A stretch of 63,954 bases of DNA, counting the filler, from Octopus bimaculoides (Eukaryota), in NCBI RefSeq assembly GCF_001194135.2. It is 6 parts of 5 records of this genome, joined end to end, with 100 filler letters (N's around TTAATTAATTAA, not from the genome) between each part and the next. Parts side by side here need not be neighbours in the genome. Positions count along the whole stretch, not along the records: positions 1 to 30,587 come from NC_068987.1; 5 more parts are not named here. One strand, written 5' to 3'. Made by a program: the position numbers and the translations under genes. Below, piece by piece: positions 11,415 to 23,454 of the stretch. Below the pieces are notes generated by a model. The model was given only the letters and a program-made list of their open reading frames with translations. It was not told where the DNA came from and did not search any database. Each line of letters opens with the position of its first letter. Positions within the stretch are counted from its first letter, which is position 1.

Positions 11415-11668
11415 ATTGCCCCTGGACTGGCTCTTGTGCGGGTGGCACATAAAAGACACCATTTCGAGCGTGGCCGTTTTCGTACGGGTGACACGTAAAA
11501 GCACCCACTACACTCTCTGAGTGGTTGGCGTTAGGAAGGGCATCCAGCTGTAGAAACTCTGCCAAATTAGATTGGAGCCTGGTGTGGCCATCCGGTTGCG
11601 CCAGTCCTCAGTCAAATCGTCCAACCCATGCTAGCATGGAAAGCGGACGTTAAACGATGATGATGATG
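11415..11668 (+). mobile_element. RTE-LINE 3' UTR with (GAT)n tail
   Basis: Near-identical to 43190-43445. Confidence 0.9.
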
Positions 11669-11949
11669 AAATTATGAACAATTAACCTCAGCATTTCGCA
11701 GGTTTTTATTTTCAAGGGACACAACTCTTATTTTAAAGGCATGTTTTTTATTTTTGAGTTATCGCCTCTTCCAATGGAGACGTCAAAAACGCACAAAATT
11801 AACATTTTGAGATTCGTGCATGTTATTGATGGCTTATCTCTCGTCTCTGGTCTTGTATCAAGAGAGAGACATAAAACTGAATCATATATACGGAAAAATC
11901 GAAAGCCGGTGATCTCTGGAGCGAAGATATTGCATATTAATGGGGAAAA

Positions 11950-12115
11950 TGTGGTAAGTAGCTTGCTTACCAACCACATGGTTCTGGGTTCAGTCCTACT
12001 GCGTAGCACCTTGGGAAAGTGTCTTCTATTATAGCCTCGGGCCGACCAAAGCCCTGTGAGTGGATTTGGTAGACAGAAACTGAAAGAAGCCCGTCGTATA
12101 TATGTATGTATATGT
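11950..12115 (+). mobile_element. SINE family B 5' half
   Basis: gtggtaagtagcttgcttaccaaccacatggttctgggttcagtcc...aaagaagcccgtcgtatata. Confidence 0.85.
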
Positions 12116-13019
12116 ATATATATGTATGTTTGTGTTATTTCTTTACTACCCACAGGGGGCTACACACAGAGGGGACAAACAAGGACAGACAAACGGATCA
12201 AGTCGATTATACCGACCCCAGTGCGTAACTGGTACTTATTTGATCGACCCCGAAAGGATGAAAGGCAAAGTCGACCTCGGCGNNNNNNNNNNNNNNNNNN
12301 NNNNNNNNNNNNNNNNNNNNNNNNNNNNNNNNNNNNNNNNNNNNNNNNNNNNNNNNNNNNNNNNNNNNNNNNNNNNNNNNNNNNNNNNNNNNNNNNNNNN
12401 NNNNNNNNNNNNNNNNNNNNNNNNNNNNNNNNNNNNNNNNNNNNNNNNNNNNNNNNNNNNNNNNNNNNNNNNNNNNNNNNNNNNNNNNNNNNNNNNNNNN
12501 NNNNNNNNNNNNNNNNNNNNNNNNNNNNNNNNNNNNNNNNNNNNNNNNNNNNNNNNNNNNNNNNNNNNNNNNNNNNNNNNNNNNNNNNNNNNNNNNNNNN
12601 NNNNNNNNNNNNNNNNNNNNNNNNNNNNNNNNNNNNNNNNNNNNNNNNNNNNNNNNNNNNNNNNNNNNNNNNNNNNNNNNNNNNNNNNNNNNNNNNNNNN
12701 NNNNNNNNNNNNNNNNNNNNNNNNNNNNNNNNNNNNNNNNNNNNNNNNNNNNNNNNNNNNNNNNNNNNNNNNNNNNNNNNNNNNNNNNNNNNNNNNNNNN
12801 NNNNNNNNNNNNNNNNNNNNNNNNNNNNNNNNNNNNNNNNNNNNNNNNNNNNNNNNNNNNNNNNNNNNNNNNNNNNNNNNNNNNNNNNNNNNNNNNNNNN
12901 NNNNNNNNNNNNNNNNNNNNNNNNNNNNNNNNNNNNNNNNNNNNNNNNNNNNNNNNNNNNNNNNNNNNNNNNNNNNNNNNNNNNNNNNNNNNNNNNNNNC
13001 ATACATATATACATACATA

Positions 13020-13410
13020 TTCTATTATTCTTTTACTTGTTTCAGTCATTTGACTGCGGCCATACTGGGGCACCGCTTTGCCCCTCAAGACTTTTTTCTT
13101 AAGCCTATTATTTATTCTTTCGGTCTCTTTTGTCGAACCGCAAAGTTACGGGGACGTAAACACACTAACACCGGTTGTTTAGCGGTGATGGGGGACAATC
13201 ATGGACACAAAGACACACTCACACATAGGTATATACATATACATACATACATACATATACACACGACGTGTTTCTTTCAGTTTCTACCTACCAAATCCAC
13301 TCACGAGGGTTTAGTCGGCCCGAGGATATAGTATAAGACACTTGCTCAAGGTGCCACGCAGTGAGACTGAACGTAGAACCATGTAATAAGGAAGTAAGTT
13401 TCTTACCGCA
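13020..13410 (-). mobile_element. SINE family B, diverged full-length copy
   Basis: Colinear with the reverse complement of 45687-46098, including the internal TA/CA microsatellite. Confidence 0.8.
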
Positions 13411-14642
13411 CAGCGAAGACTATATAATAAGTAGTTATGAAATAAAAGCCGTTTTAAATATGCTGGTTGGTTGTTTGGTTGTTTTTTTCAGCCATATTTA
13501 TAATGTATAGCTAGAAGGAAAGACAATAAAAAAGAAATACAGAAAGAATAAAACAGCAGGTACAGGATGAGTGTACATACCAGGCTTGGTGGCAGGCAAT
13601 GAGTATAAAATATAAAATAATAAAAAATAATGCTACACACACATACACAGGGTGGGGGTGAGAGAAGAGGAAGAGAGGGAGTGAATAGAAGCAATTATGG
13701 AAGGAGTTACTGTTGTCGAATCTCTCAACTAAAATTCTTGAAGTCGTTGCCCTAGCTTGGCTACAGTTTAATGACCGAAACAAGTAAAAGATAAAACATA
13801 TATACACACACACCACACACACACGTACACGTACACACATGCACGCACACACATGCACACACGAACATTCCTACGCATTTTCGGTTATCCGTTGTAGAGC
13901 TGAACGCCTTCTGCATGCTGCTTTTAAATCGAGAATTAAAATTAAATAGATTAATCAGTGACTTATTTACCAAACCAAATTTATCAATAGAAAGAATTAT
14001 CAGAGAAGTTAGCAGAATTCTTCATATTTGGTCCATTAGTGATTCAATACGCATATAAGTGACTAACCTAACACGAGTTTATATCTTGTTCGTTATTTCG
14101 CTTTTAGGTTTTAATTTTCAACTCTTTTACATAACTTAAATATGGATGTACAGTCATACACGCATATTTAAACATATGTGTGTGGGCTGGTATGTTTCTT
14201 ATACTATTATATCATAAATTTCATGCGTAATTACTTTCAGTTGTACACGCAAGTTCTTGCACGTTCGCCCATCCGTACGCACACACAAACTCGGTTTACA
14301 AACACCTTCCGTACTCGAATTCATAGATTCGTATGTACGTACATACATAAATGTTCGTATACATATATGTTAATATAAAACTCATTTAATATACATATAA
14401 ATAGATATAAACATATAAACTAAACTCATTTCTATATATATATATCATCCTGCTTTCTTTTACACACTCATATATGTATAGGTGCATTCACGCGCTAGCG
14501 CACTCACGCACACGCACGCACACACACACACACACATGCACACACACACACACGCACAATCCGCGTATGGTAATAAATATACTCAATTTCCTATACACAT
14601 ATACATACATTCATGCATATTTACACACACACACACATATAT

Positions 14643-14803
14643 AGGCGCAGACGTGGGTGTGTGGTAAGAAGCTCGCTTCCCAAACATATGGTCCTGCGTT
14701 CAGTTCCACTACACGGCACTTTGGGCAAGTGTCTTTTACTATAGCCTACGGCCGATCAAAGCCTTGTGAGTGGATTTGGTAGACGGAAACTAAAAGAAGC
14801 CCG

Positions 14804-14859
<56 letters not shown>

Positions 14860-15120
14860 ATCTATGAATGTGTGTCTATGTTCCAGGTTCAGTCCCACTG
14901 CGTGGTACCTTGGGCAAGTGTTTTCTACTATAGTTTCAAGTGCGTGTTTCGGTCATTGGAAAGTGTCCATGCTGGGGCACCACTTTGAGGGATTTTATTC
15001 GAAAGAATCAACCCTAGTACTTATTATTAAAGGTTGGTGCTTATTCTATCGGTGTCTTATACTGAACCGTTTAGTGACGGGGGCGTAAACAAAGCAACAT
15101 CGATTCTCAAGTGATGGACG
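14643..15120 (+). mobile_element. SINE family B copy or copies, rearranged
   Basis: ggcgcagacgtgggtgtgtggtaag head, central gccttgtgagtggatttggtagacggaaac segment, (TA)n, then a second partial head and 3' parts. Confidence 0.75.
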
Positions 15121-15223
15121 TGTACAAAATATCAACACAGACACACACACGCATACACAGATACACACACACACACATCAAATATGATATATCTATATAT
15201 AGATATATGTATACATACATATA

Positions 15224-15266
<43 letters not shown>

Positions 15267-15382
15267 GGCCGCATGGCCTTTTCCGTTTGTTTTCCTGTCT
15301 TGTTTTTTGTCCGCCACTACATTCCTCCATGGCACAGGTTTAATTTGTGTGTACAAATTTAATTTGCGGTCCATGGGAAGAG

Positions 15383-15452
15383 CCGTTTTAACGATGCGTC
15401 CTGCCCAACTCTTCGAAACGCCGGTGTTAAAACGGGGGTAGCTGATGAAGGA
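15383..15452 (+). ncRNA. Candidate hammerhead ribozyme with non-circularly permuted strand order
   Basis: GUC cleavage triplet 15398-15400; GAAAC 15415-15419; CUGAUGA 15442-15448; stem III GCGU(15396-99)/ACGC(15418-21); stem I CUGCCC(15401-06)/GGGUAG(15436-41); short stem II GGA(15450-52)/UUC(15412-14); extra perfect 10-bp helix 15383-92/15426-35. Confidence 0.55.
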
Positions 15453-16264
15453 AAATGTTCTCTATGTGGCTTGTGTGTTTTCTGTACTCTGGTTATTATT
15501 ATTTCTTGTNNNNNNNNNNNNNNNNNNNNNNNNNNNNNNNNNNNNNNNNNNNNNNNNNNNNNNNNNNNNNNNNNNNNNNNNNNNNNNNNNNNNNNNNNNN
15601 NNNNNNNNNNNNNNNNNNNNNNNNNNNNNNNNNNNNNNNNNNNNNNNNNNNNNNNNNNNNNNNNNNNNNNNNNNNNNNNNNNNNNNNNNNNNNNNNNNNN
15701 NNNNNNNNNNNNNNNNNNNNNNNNNNNNNNNNNNNNNNNNNNNNNNNNNNNNNNNNNNNNNNNNNNNNNNNNNNNNNNNNNNNNNNNNNNNNNNNNNNNN
15801 NNNNNNNNNNNNNNNNNNNNNNNNNNNNNNNNNNNNNNNNNNNNNNNNNNNNNNNNNNNNNNNNNNNNNNNNNNNNNNNNNNNNNNNNNNNNNNNNNNNN
15901 NNNNNNNNNNNNNNNNNNNNNNNNNNNNNNNNNNNNNNNNNNNNNNNNNNNNNNNNNNNNNNNNNNNNNNNNNNNNNNNNNNNNNNNNNNNNNNNNNNNN
16001 NNNNNNNNNNNNNNNNNNNNNNNNNNNNNNNNNNNNNNNNNNNNNNNNNNNNNNNNNNNNNNNNNNNNNNNNNNNNNNNNNNNNNNNNNNNNNNNNNNNN
16101 NNNNNNNNNNNNNNNNNNNNNNNNNNNNNNNNNNNNNNNNNNNNNNNNNNNNNNNNNNNNNNNNNNNNNNNNNNNNNNNNNNNNNNNNNNNNNNNNNNNN
16201 NNNNNNNNNNNNNNNNNNNNNNNNNNTGTATGTATGTATGTATGTATGTATGTATGTATGTATG

Positions 16265-16300
<36 letters not shown>

Positions 16301-16679
16301 CAACTATCTGTCTGTATGTCTATCTATGAGCCACTGTGTCTTTCTCCGATGTGGTATCAACCTGTAAGACTATTTCGCCACATTAACCTAAGTATTGTGT
16401 ATGCATTGTATAAACGTATATATTATCCATACATCTTACATAAATATACTTATCAATGACGGTGTTTGATTATAGCCATGGAAAGAAGAATATCACTGTA
16501 TGCGCACATGTGTATGCGTGTGTTTGTGTGTGTGTATGTGTTTATGTCTGCGTCTGTTTGTGTGTGCGTGCGTGTGTGAGGGTTTGAGTGTGTATGTTCG
16601 CAGGAATGGAAAGTGGTAAACAATATTTAAGTATAAATAACCTAAGCGTGGAGTATTTATGATTTCGTTGGCAATAATT

Positions 16680-17230
16680 TACAGAAGAATCTTTCCTAAT
16701 TACAGAAAACCCTTCAAGGATGCCACTTCGATGTTGTTGCTCTCATATCAAATTTTTGGTAAGGACCTGTCACCCATTGCAATGTATGTGTGTAATTGTC
16801 ACTTGCTCGATGGTGTGGGGATGATAACACCCATCCATAAGGTTCATAGTTTGTGGATAGGGGAATGACCTAAAGATATATAAGTTATCTGCGAATATTC
16901 GGACATAATCACGGGGAGCCCTTTGAAAAGGCTGAGTAACCATCAGTCAACCTGCCAGGGTTACAGTGATATCGAAAGGCTTTAAAAAGAGCGGAAATTC
17001 CAGTATCATTGGAATGTAGGGTGGTAGTAGAAAATGGAATGAAAAACATAAATGTACATTGTCTTTGGATTTCTTCCCATTACGCAGAACAAATTACACT
17101 TTCATGAAACTTGGTCTGGGAAACCCATCAGCTAGGATGCTACAGCAATCGTTTATAGGACTTACGACCATAGACGAAAAATTAGCAATCAAGAAAACAG
17201 ATGATGTTGATAATGACAAGCCTTCTTTTG
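16680..17230 (+). mobile_element. Possible CRE-like (restriction-like endonuclease) LINE relic
   Basis: Mosaic frames HPLQCMC..HPSIRF, KALKRAEIPVSLE, LDFFPLRR and NLVWET loosely follow the CCHC + RALxxAxIPxxLEP..RPDG..LVWD order of CRE-clade C-termini; heavily decayed. Confidence 0.35.
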
Positions 17231-17430
17231 ATGTATGGTGCGTCTGCCGTTTCTGTATTTTTCGTAGAAAAGAATGTAAGCCTACACACACACACACACA
17301 CACACAAAGTGTGTGTGTGTGTATGCGTGTATGAATTCTTCTATAGTTGATTCTATGAAAAATCGTAACTACAGTATTTCCAAGCACACTATTGTGTTCA
17401 TATATAGATATAACTGATCTCTATTAAATC

Positions 17431-17564
<134 letters not shown>

Positions 17565-17939
17565 AGAATATCTGCTAAATAAATGCTTTTACTTACCTCA
17601 AACATCCCAAAGCAACAAAGTTAAATTTCGAAGACTTCCATTGATGAATTATAGAATTCTGTAATAGATAAAGATCAATAATGCGGTCATTTCATTGGGT
17701 CATATATACTCGTTAGGTGTGATTGATACTAGCTATTGTCACATTTAGAGCTCTTTTATCAATATAATGGCATCAATGTACTATTATCGACCTATTAAAC
17801 CCTCGTCTAATATTAAACTTAAATCGGAAACGTTGCATTTTGATGTGAATTTACCGAACACGTTATGAGTTTCTCGTCATAACATACCTGAAGTGAACAT
17901 ATAAAACAGTGGGCAGATGGAAGCTTATAAATTATCTTT

Positions 17940-18366
17940 GATATTTTACTTGTTTCGGTCACTGGATTGCGGCCATGCTGTGACCCCACTTTGAAAGGTT
18001 TAGTTGATCAGATTGATTCTTGTACAATTTGTTTTTAAAAGACTGACACTTATTCAGTCGGTCGTTTTTGCCGAATCGTAAATTACTGGGACGAAAACAA
18101 ACCAATACCGGAAGTCAAAGCAGTGGCGGGGAACAAGTATAAAGACGAAGACATACGTACATAGATAGATTCTTTTATTCCTTTTTTTTCCTTTCATTTG
18201 TTTCAGCCATTTGACTGCGGCCATGCAGGAGCACCGCTTTTAATCGAACAAATCGACCCCAGGACTTATTCTTTGTGAGCTTAGTACTTATTCTATCGTT
18301 CTGTTTGGCCGAACCGCTAAGTTACGGGGACGTAAACACACCACCATCGGTTGTCAAGCGATGGTA

Positions 18367-18412
<46 letters not shown>

Positions 18413-18435
18413 GACGAGCTTATTTTAGTTTCCGT
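17940..18435 (-). mobile_element. Two adjacent SINE family B 3' halves
   Basis: Both start ttttacttgtttc(g/a)gtca.t.gactgcggccatgc; about 17940-18140 and 18190-18435. Confidence 0.8.
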
Positions 18436-18997
18436 ATATATACAAAAACATACACAGTAAGACACACAAACACACAGGCGTACTTATCCAGAGACATACG
18501 CATTCAGTAACTCTTTTGAAAAGGGCTTTTGTGTGTTCCCAGAGAATATTACCCTCAGGGGCGCTAGTGTTGGTATATTCGTGAATAAGTCACTAACCGA
18601 AATAAGTGGATCTATTGTTTAGTAAAATACTATTTACTTGTTTAAGGGCTGTACTGGATAAATGGCAAAAATAACTCTACCAGTTCAAATACTAAGAAAT
18701 AAGCATACTCAATTCCATTTTTACCAAATAATTTAAGAAAATAAATGGGTTATTTCCCTTGGCTATATATATAAGGATCCCTTCCAGGAGCCCTATTATC
18801 GATTTTTTCAACAATCTGAGTATGACATGAGATTTCCAGACGTGAGTTCTACCCACGTGTCAAGTTTTATCAAAATCGATAAAACGATGTAGGAGGAGTT
18901 AGCCAACAACTCCACAAACACACCCACAGACAGAATTTCCTCCATATGCAATATGCATGCATACATACATACATACAGACAGACACACAGACACACA

Positions 18998-19037
<40 letters not shown>

Positions 19038-19272
19038 AATACATACATATATATACATATATATATACATGTGTGTATATATATATATATACGCATATAT
19101 ATATACATACATATGTATATCTATANNNNNNNNNNGTATATATACACATACATATAAACAACAAAAACATATATATTATGTATACAATAATTCATAATTA
19201 ACGTAAATTTAATTTGTTCTGTAATATATTTCTTGCTAATATAGATATTTCTTCTTTTTGCTTTACGGTTTT

Positions 19273-19328
19273 ATTAGATATAGACAATTAGATATAGACA
19301 ATTAGATATAGACAATTAGATATAGACA
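19273..19328. repeat. 14-bp minisatellite (attagatatagaca) x4
   Basis: Four exact tandem copies. Confidence 0.95.
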
Positions 19329-19654
19329 ATTTGTTATTATTAACTCGTAATTATGATGTATCATTTGGAAATTATTTTCATTACGTTCCTTAATTATTGG
19401 TCCACAAATTATTCTGCTCTAGCTTTCTTTGCTGAGAGATATTAGGTCCTGCCGTTTTATTTATTTGCTTTTTGGAGTGTTTTTCCTCAATAACAAAACC
19501 GTGTTTCCCGATAATTACTATTTAATGTTTTTTTTTATTTTTAAGTCTTTTTAAATTCTGATATAGCTGTGGTGTGCGTACGTATTCTATGTATGTATAT
19601 GTGTGTGAATATGTGAAACTGTGAGGAAGCCTGTCATGTGTGTATGTATAGGTC

Positions 19655-20050
19655 TTTTATCTTTTACTTGTTCTAGTCATTAGACTGCGGCCATGCTGGG
19701 GCACCGCCTTGAAGAACTTCCAGTCGACTGTATTGACCCTTGTGCTTAATTTTTAAAGCTTGGTAGTTATTCTATCGGTCTCTTTAGCCGAACTGCTACG
19801 TTACGGGGGCGCAAACACACTAACACCGGTTGTCAAGTGGTGCGGTGGGGGGCAGAAACACAGGCACAAAGACACTCACAAACACTCTTATATACGACGG
19901 GCTTCTTTCGGTTTCCGTTTATCAAATCCACTCAACGCTTTGTTTGTCTCGAGTCTATACTAGAAGACACTTGCTCAAGCTGACACGCAGTGGAACTGAA
20001 CCCGGGACCATGTGGCTGGGAAGCAAGCTTCTTATCACACAACCACACTT
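19655..20050 (-). mobile_element. SINE family B, full-length diverged copy
   Basis: Colinear with the reverse complement of the family B copies. Confidence 0.8.
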
Positions 20051-20075
20051 GAAAGAGAGAGAGAGAGAGAGAGAG

Positions 20076-20171
<96 letters not shown>

Positions 20172-20210
20172 AGAGATAGAGGCATTATTAATGTCCAAAG
20201 GCAAAGTAAT

Positions 20211-20678
20211 CACCACTTAAAAGTAGATGTTGCATTAGAACACATAAATACTTCAATATTTACCAAGAAAGAAAACACTCATATGGTTATATGGTGCAGA
20301 AAAGCACATCATAGCTATCGTCAGAGGCAGACAATCACCGCTACTTCCGCCGTTCGAAGTGGTGTATAAATACTGCCTCTGTTGCTCTATTTATTTTTTA
20401 ATAAACCCAGTGGCCTTTGGCGACACAAGTGTCTGTTTGTGCTCTGTATTTCTGTGTAATATCGCTAGCGCAGCAGTCATTGCTATTTCCAGCCTCTTGG
20501 TGTCTATCAATGACAAGGCCAAACCAGATCGAAATGACGTAATCCGCTTGTCCGAGCGGTGATTGTCGGCCGCTGGTGGTAGCCATGATGCGCTTTTATG
20601 CACCAAATAGCCGCATGGTAAATATGGTAAATATGCAACATTTGTGTGTTTCAACGCAACATCCACTTTTAAGTGGTG
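20211..20678. mobile_element. MITE/foldback element with about 130-bp TIRs
   Basis: 20211-20342 (caccacttaaaagtagatgttgc...gacaatcaccgct) is the imperfect inverse of 20555-20678; no clear TSD. Confidence 0.8.
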
Positions 20679-20824
20679 CATATTTTACCATATATATATA
20701 TATATTGTTTTATTAATTATGCGCCCTTTTAAAGCATAACCAAGCTCATGGGCCCGGTTTCCCGGTTTCTATGGCGTATGTGTTCCCCCTAGCTGGACGG
20801 AACGCCAGTCCATCGCAGCGTTAC

Positions 20825-21010
20825 TCAAGAAACAGGAAGAAAGAGTGAGAGAAAGTTGGGGCGAAAGAATACAATAGGGGTCACTACCACCCCCTGCCGG
20901 AGCCTCGTGGAGCTTTAGGTGTTTTCGCTCAATAAGCACACACAACGCCCGGTCTGGGAATCGAAACCGCGATCCTTCGACCGTGAGTCCGCTGCTCTAA
21001 CCACTGGGCC
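20825..21010 (-). mobile_element. SINE family C 5' half
   Basis: Reverse complement of the head of 41279-41658 (ccggtctgggaatcgaaaccgcgatcc...ctaaccactgggcc). Confidence 0.85.
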
Positions 21011-21574
21011 AGTCGACAGGATTTGTTAAGTAATCGTGGTGAATATAGTCGGTAAGTCTGTAAGCATAAATAAGGGGTGTGTAGAAAATACAAACGATTC
21101 GATAACTAATCAATAAAATTTATAAATCATTGCATCAAATACAGTCCATCCCATATCGAGATTAGACAGGAAATTCCGATATGTGTTGTTATACGACTCC
21201 ATCTCAAAAGCAACACACATTGCTTATAATGCGATACTCAAATAGACATGTGATGAGCGTGTAGGTGTATATTATTATGTATACACCTGTGTAAGTAATT
21301 TCACAAGTAATGCTATGAACAAGTAAAAACAATTTACTTCTCCTTAGCTGCAAGTTTTTGTTTGGGTTGAGGCGCATCGATTTCAACGTTTATCAAACAT
21401 TGGAAACTACTCAATAATTTCTAGTTAACGGATGTCTTATTGTTGAAACTTCCTTGGTAAAGATGCAAAAACTGTATAAGATATTCAGTCACTTCCTCGA
21501 TTATGGACAATTTAATTCAAAGCGGATTAGAGGCTCTCAAATATTCAATCAAACTCGGTCATTTGTCTGCTTAA

Positions 21575-21895
21575 TGAAGGCACGTGGTTTAGTGCTTAGG
21601 CTTATTCTGCGCACGATCGTAAGGTCGTGATTTCAGTTCCCGGCGGCGCATTGTATCCTTGAGCAAGAGGCTTTATTTCATGTTGCTCTAGTCCACTCAT
21701 CTGGCAATAATGAGTAGTGCCAGTATTTCAGAGGACCAGCTCTGTCGCATCCTGTGTCATGTTGAATCTCCTTGAGAACTACGATAAGAGTACGCGTGTC
21801 TGTGGAGTGCTCAGCCACCTGTACGTTAATTTCACAAGCAGGCTGTTCCGCTGATCGGATCAACTGGAACCGACGGAGTGCCAGTTGATTCCGAC
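21575..21895 (+). mobile_element. SINE with family-D-like head and family-C-like tail
   Basis: 5' part ccttgagcaagaggctttatttcatgttgctctagt resembles D; 3' part gtgtctgtggagtgctcagccac...gatcggatcaactggaacc resembles C; similar copy at 31280-31530. Confidence 0.7.
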
Positions 21896-23421
21896 ATCTT
21901 TTAAGTAAAAACGAAATTTCCGCTTTACGCTCACACGATTCCAGCCAGATTCGACACTGATTGTAAGTTTCTATTAAGAATACGAACAAAATCTCCCCTC
22001 ATCAGGGTCGAAAACCGATCAAGGATGTTCAAAAATGGGCAAAATTGATGTTTCAATGTCTGCTATGTACTTTTACAGATATCACATCATACCTTGATAC
22101 TGCGTGGACTGGTAGCCCCATTGACTAGCTTTTGATATTAGGTAAAGCACTGATCACTATGGTATGCAAATTAATAAGTCGAGTTCGCTGTAACTACTGG
22201 AATTGTTGAGTATGGCGGAATTTGAACTCAGAACGTAAAGACAAACGAAATACCGCTAAGCATTTCGCCCGGCATGCTAGCGTTTCTGCCAGCTCGCTAC
22301 CTTTCAGAGAAGTAAATAAGAATATTTAATTGATGACTGCGAAAGAAATCATATGAAAGAAAGAAATGGTTGAACTGAAAACGAGAGTGAGAAGGAAAGA
22401 GAGAGATACGATGAATGAAAGGAAGAGAGAAAGAAAGAAAGAAGGAAGGAAATAAAGAATGGTTAACATGAATGAAGATGGAGGCGGCCGAAAAGTGTGA
22501 CTGACAAACGTGACAAGAAAAAAAAGTACTCAAGCAAAANNNNNNNNNNNNNNNNNNNNNNNNNNNNNNNNNNNNNNNNNNNNNNNNNNNNNNNNNNNNN
22601 NNNNNNNNNNNNNNNNNNNNNNNNNNNNNNNNNNNNNNNNNNNNNNNNNNNNNNNNNNNNNNNNNNNNNNNNNNNNNNNNNNNNNNNNNNNNNNNNNNNN
22701 NNNNNNNNNNNNNNNNNNNNNNNNNNNNNNNNNNNNNNNNNNNNNNNNNNNNNNNNNNNNNNNNNNNNNNNNNNNNNNNNNNNNNNNNNNNNNNNNNNNN
22801 NNNNNNNNNNNNNNNNNNNNNNNNNNNNNNNNNNNNNNNNNNNNNNNNNNNNNNNNNNNNNNNNNNNNNNNNNNNNNNNNNNNNNNNNNNNNNNNNNNNN
22901 NNNNNNNNNNNNNNNNNNNNNNNNNNNNNNNNNNNNNNNNNNNNNNNNNNNNNNNNNNNNNNNNNNNNNNNNNNNNNNNNNNNNNNNNNNNNNNNNNNNN
23001 NNNNNNNNNNNNNNNNNNNNNNNNNNNNNNNNNNNNNNNNNNNNNNNNNNNNNNNNNNNNNNNNNNNNNNNNNNNNNNNNNNNNNNNNNNNNNNNNNNNN
23101 NNNNNNNNNNNNNNNNNNNNNNNNNNNNNNNNNNNNNNNNNNNNNNNNNNNNNNNNNNNNNNNNNNNNNNNNNNNNNNNNNNNNNNNNNNNNNNNNNNNN
23201 NNNNNNNNNNNNNNNNNNNNNNNNNNNNNNNNNNNNNNNNNNNNNNNNNNNNNNNNNNNNNNNNNNNNNNNNNNNNNNNNNNNNNNNNNNNNNNNNNNNN
23301 NNNNNNNNNNNNNNNNNNNNNNNNNNNNNNNNNNNNNNNNNNNNNNNNNNNNNNNNNNNNNNNNNNNNNNNNNNNNNNNNNNNNNNNNNNNNNNNNNNNN
23401 NNNNNNNNNNNNNNNNNNNNN

Positions 23422-23453
<32 letters not shown>

Positions 23454-23454
<1 letters not shown>

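Noticed and set aside
18780-18955. Helitron/HINE-like end (aagttttatcaaaatcgataaaacgatgtaggaggagttag)
   Set aside because: Resemblance only; termini and hairpin could not be fixed.
19273-19328. Regular short repeats as a possible CRISPR array (also 29347, 58018)
   Set aside because: No unique spacers, eukaryotic context, no cas genes.
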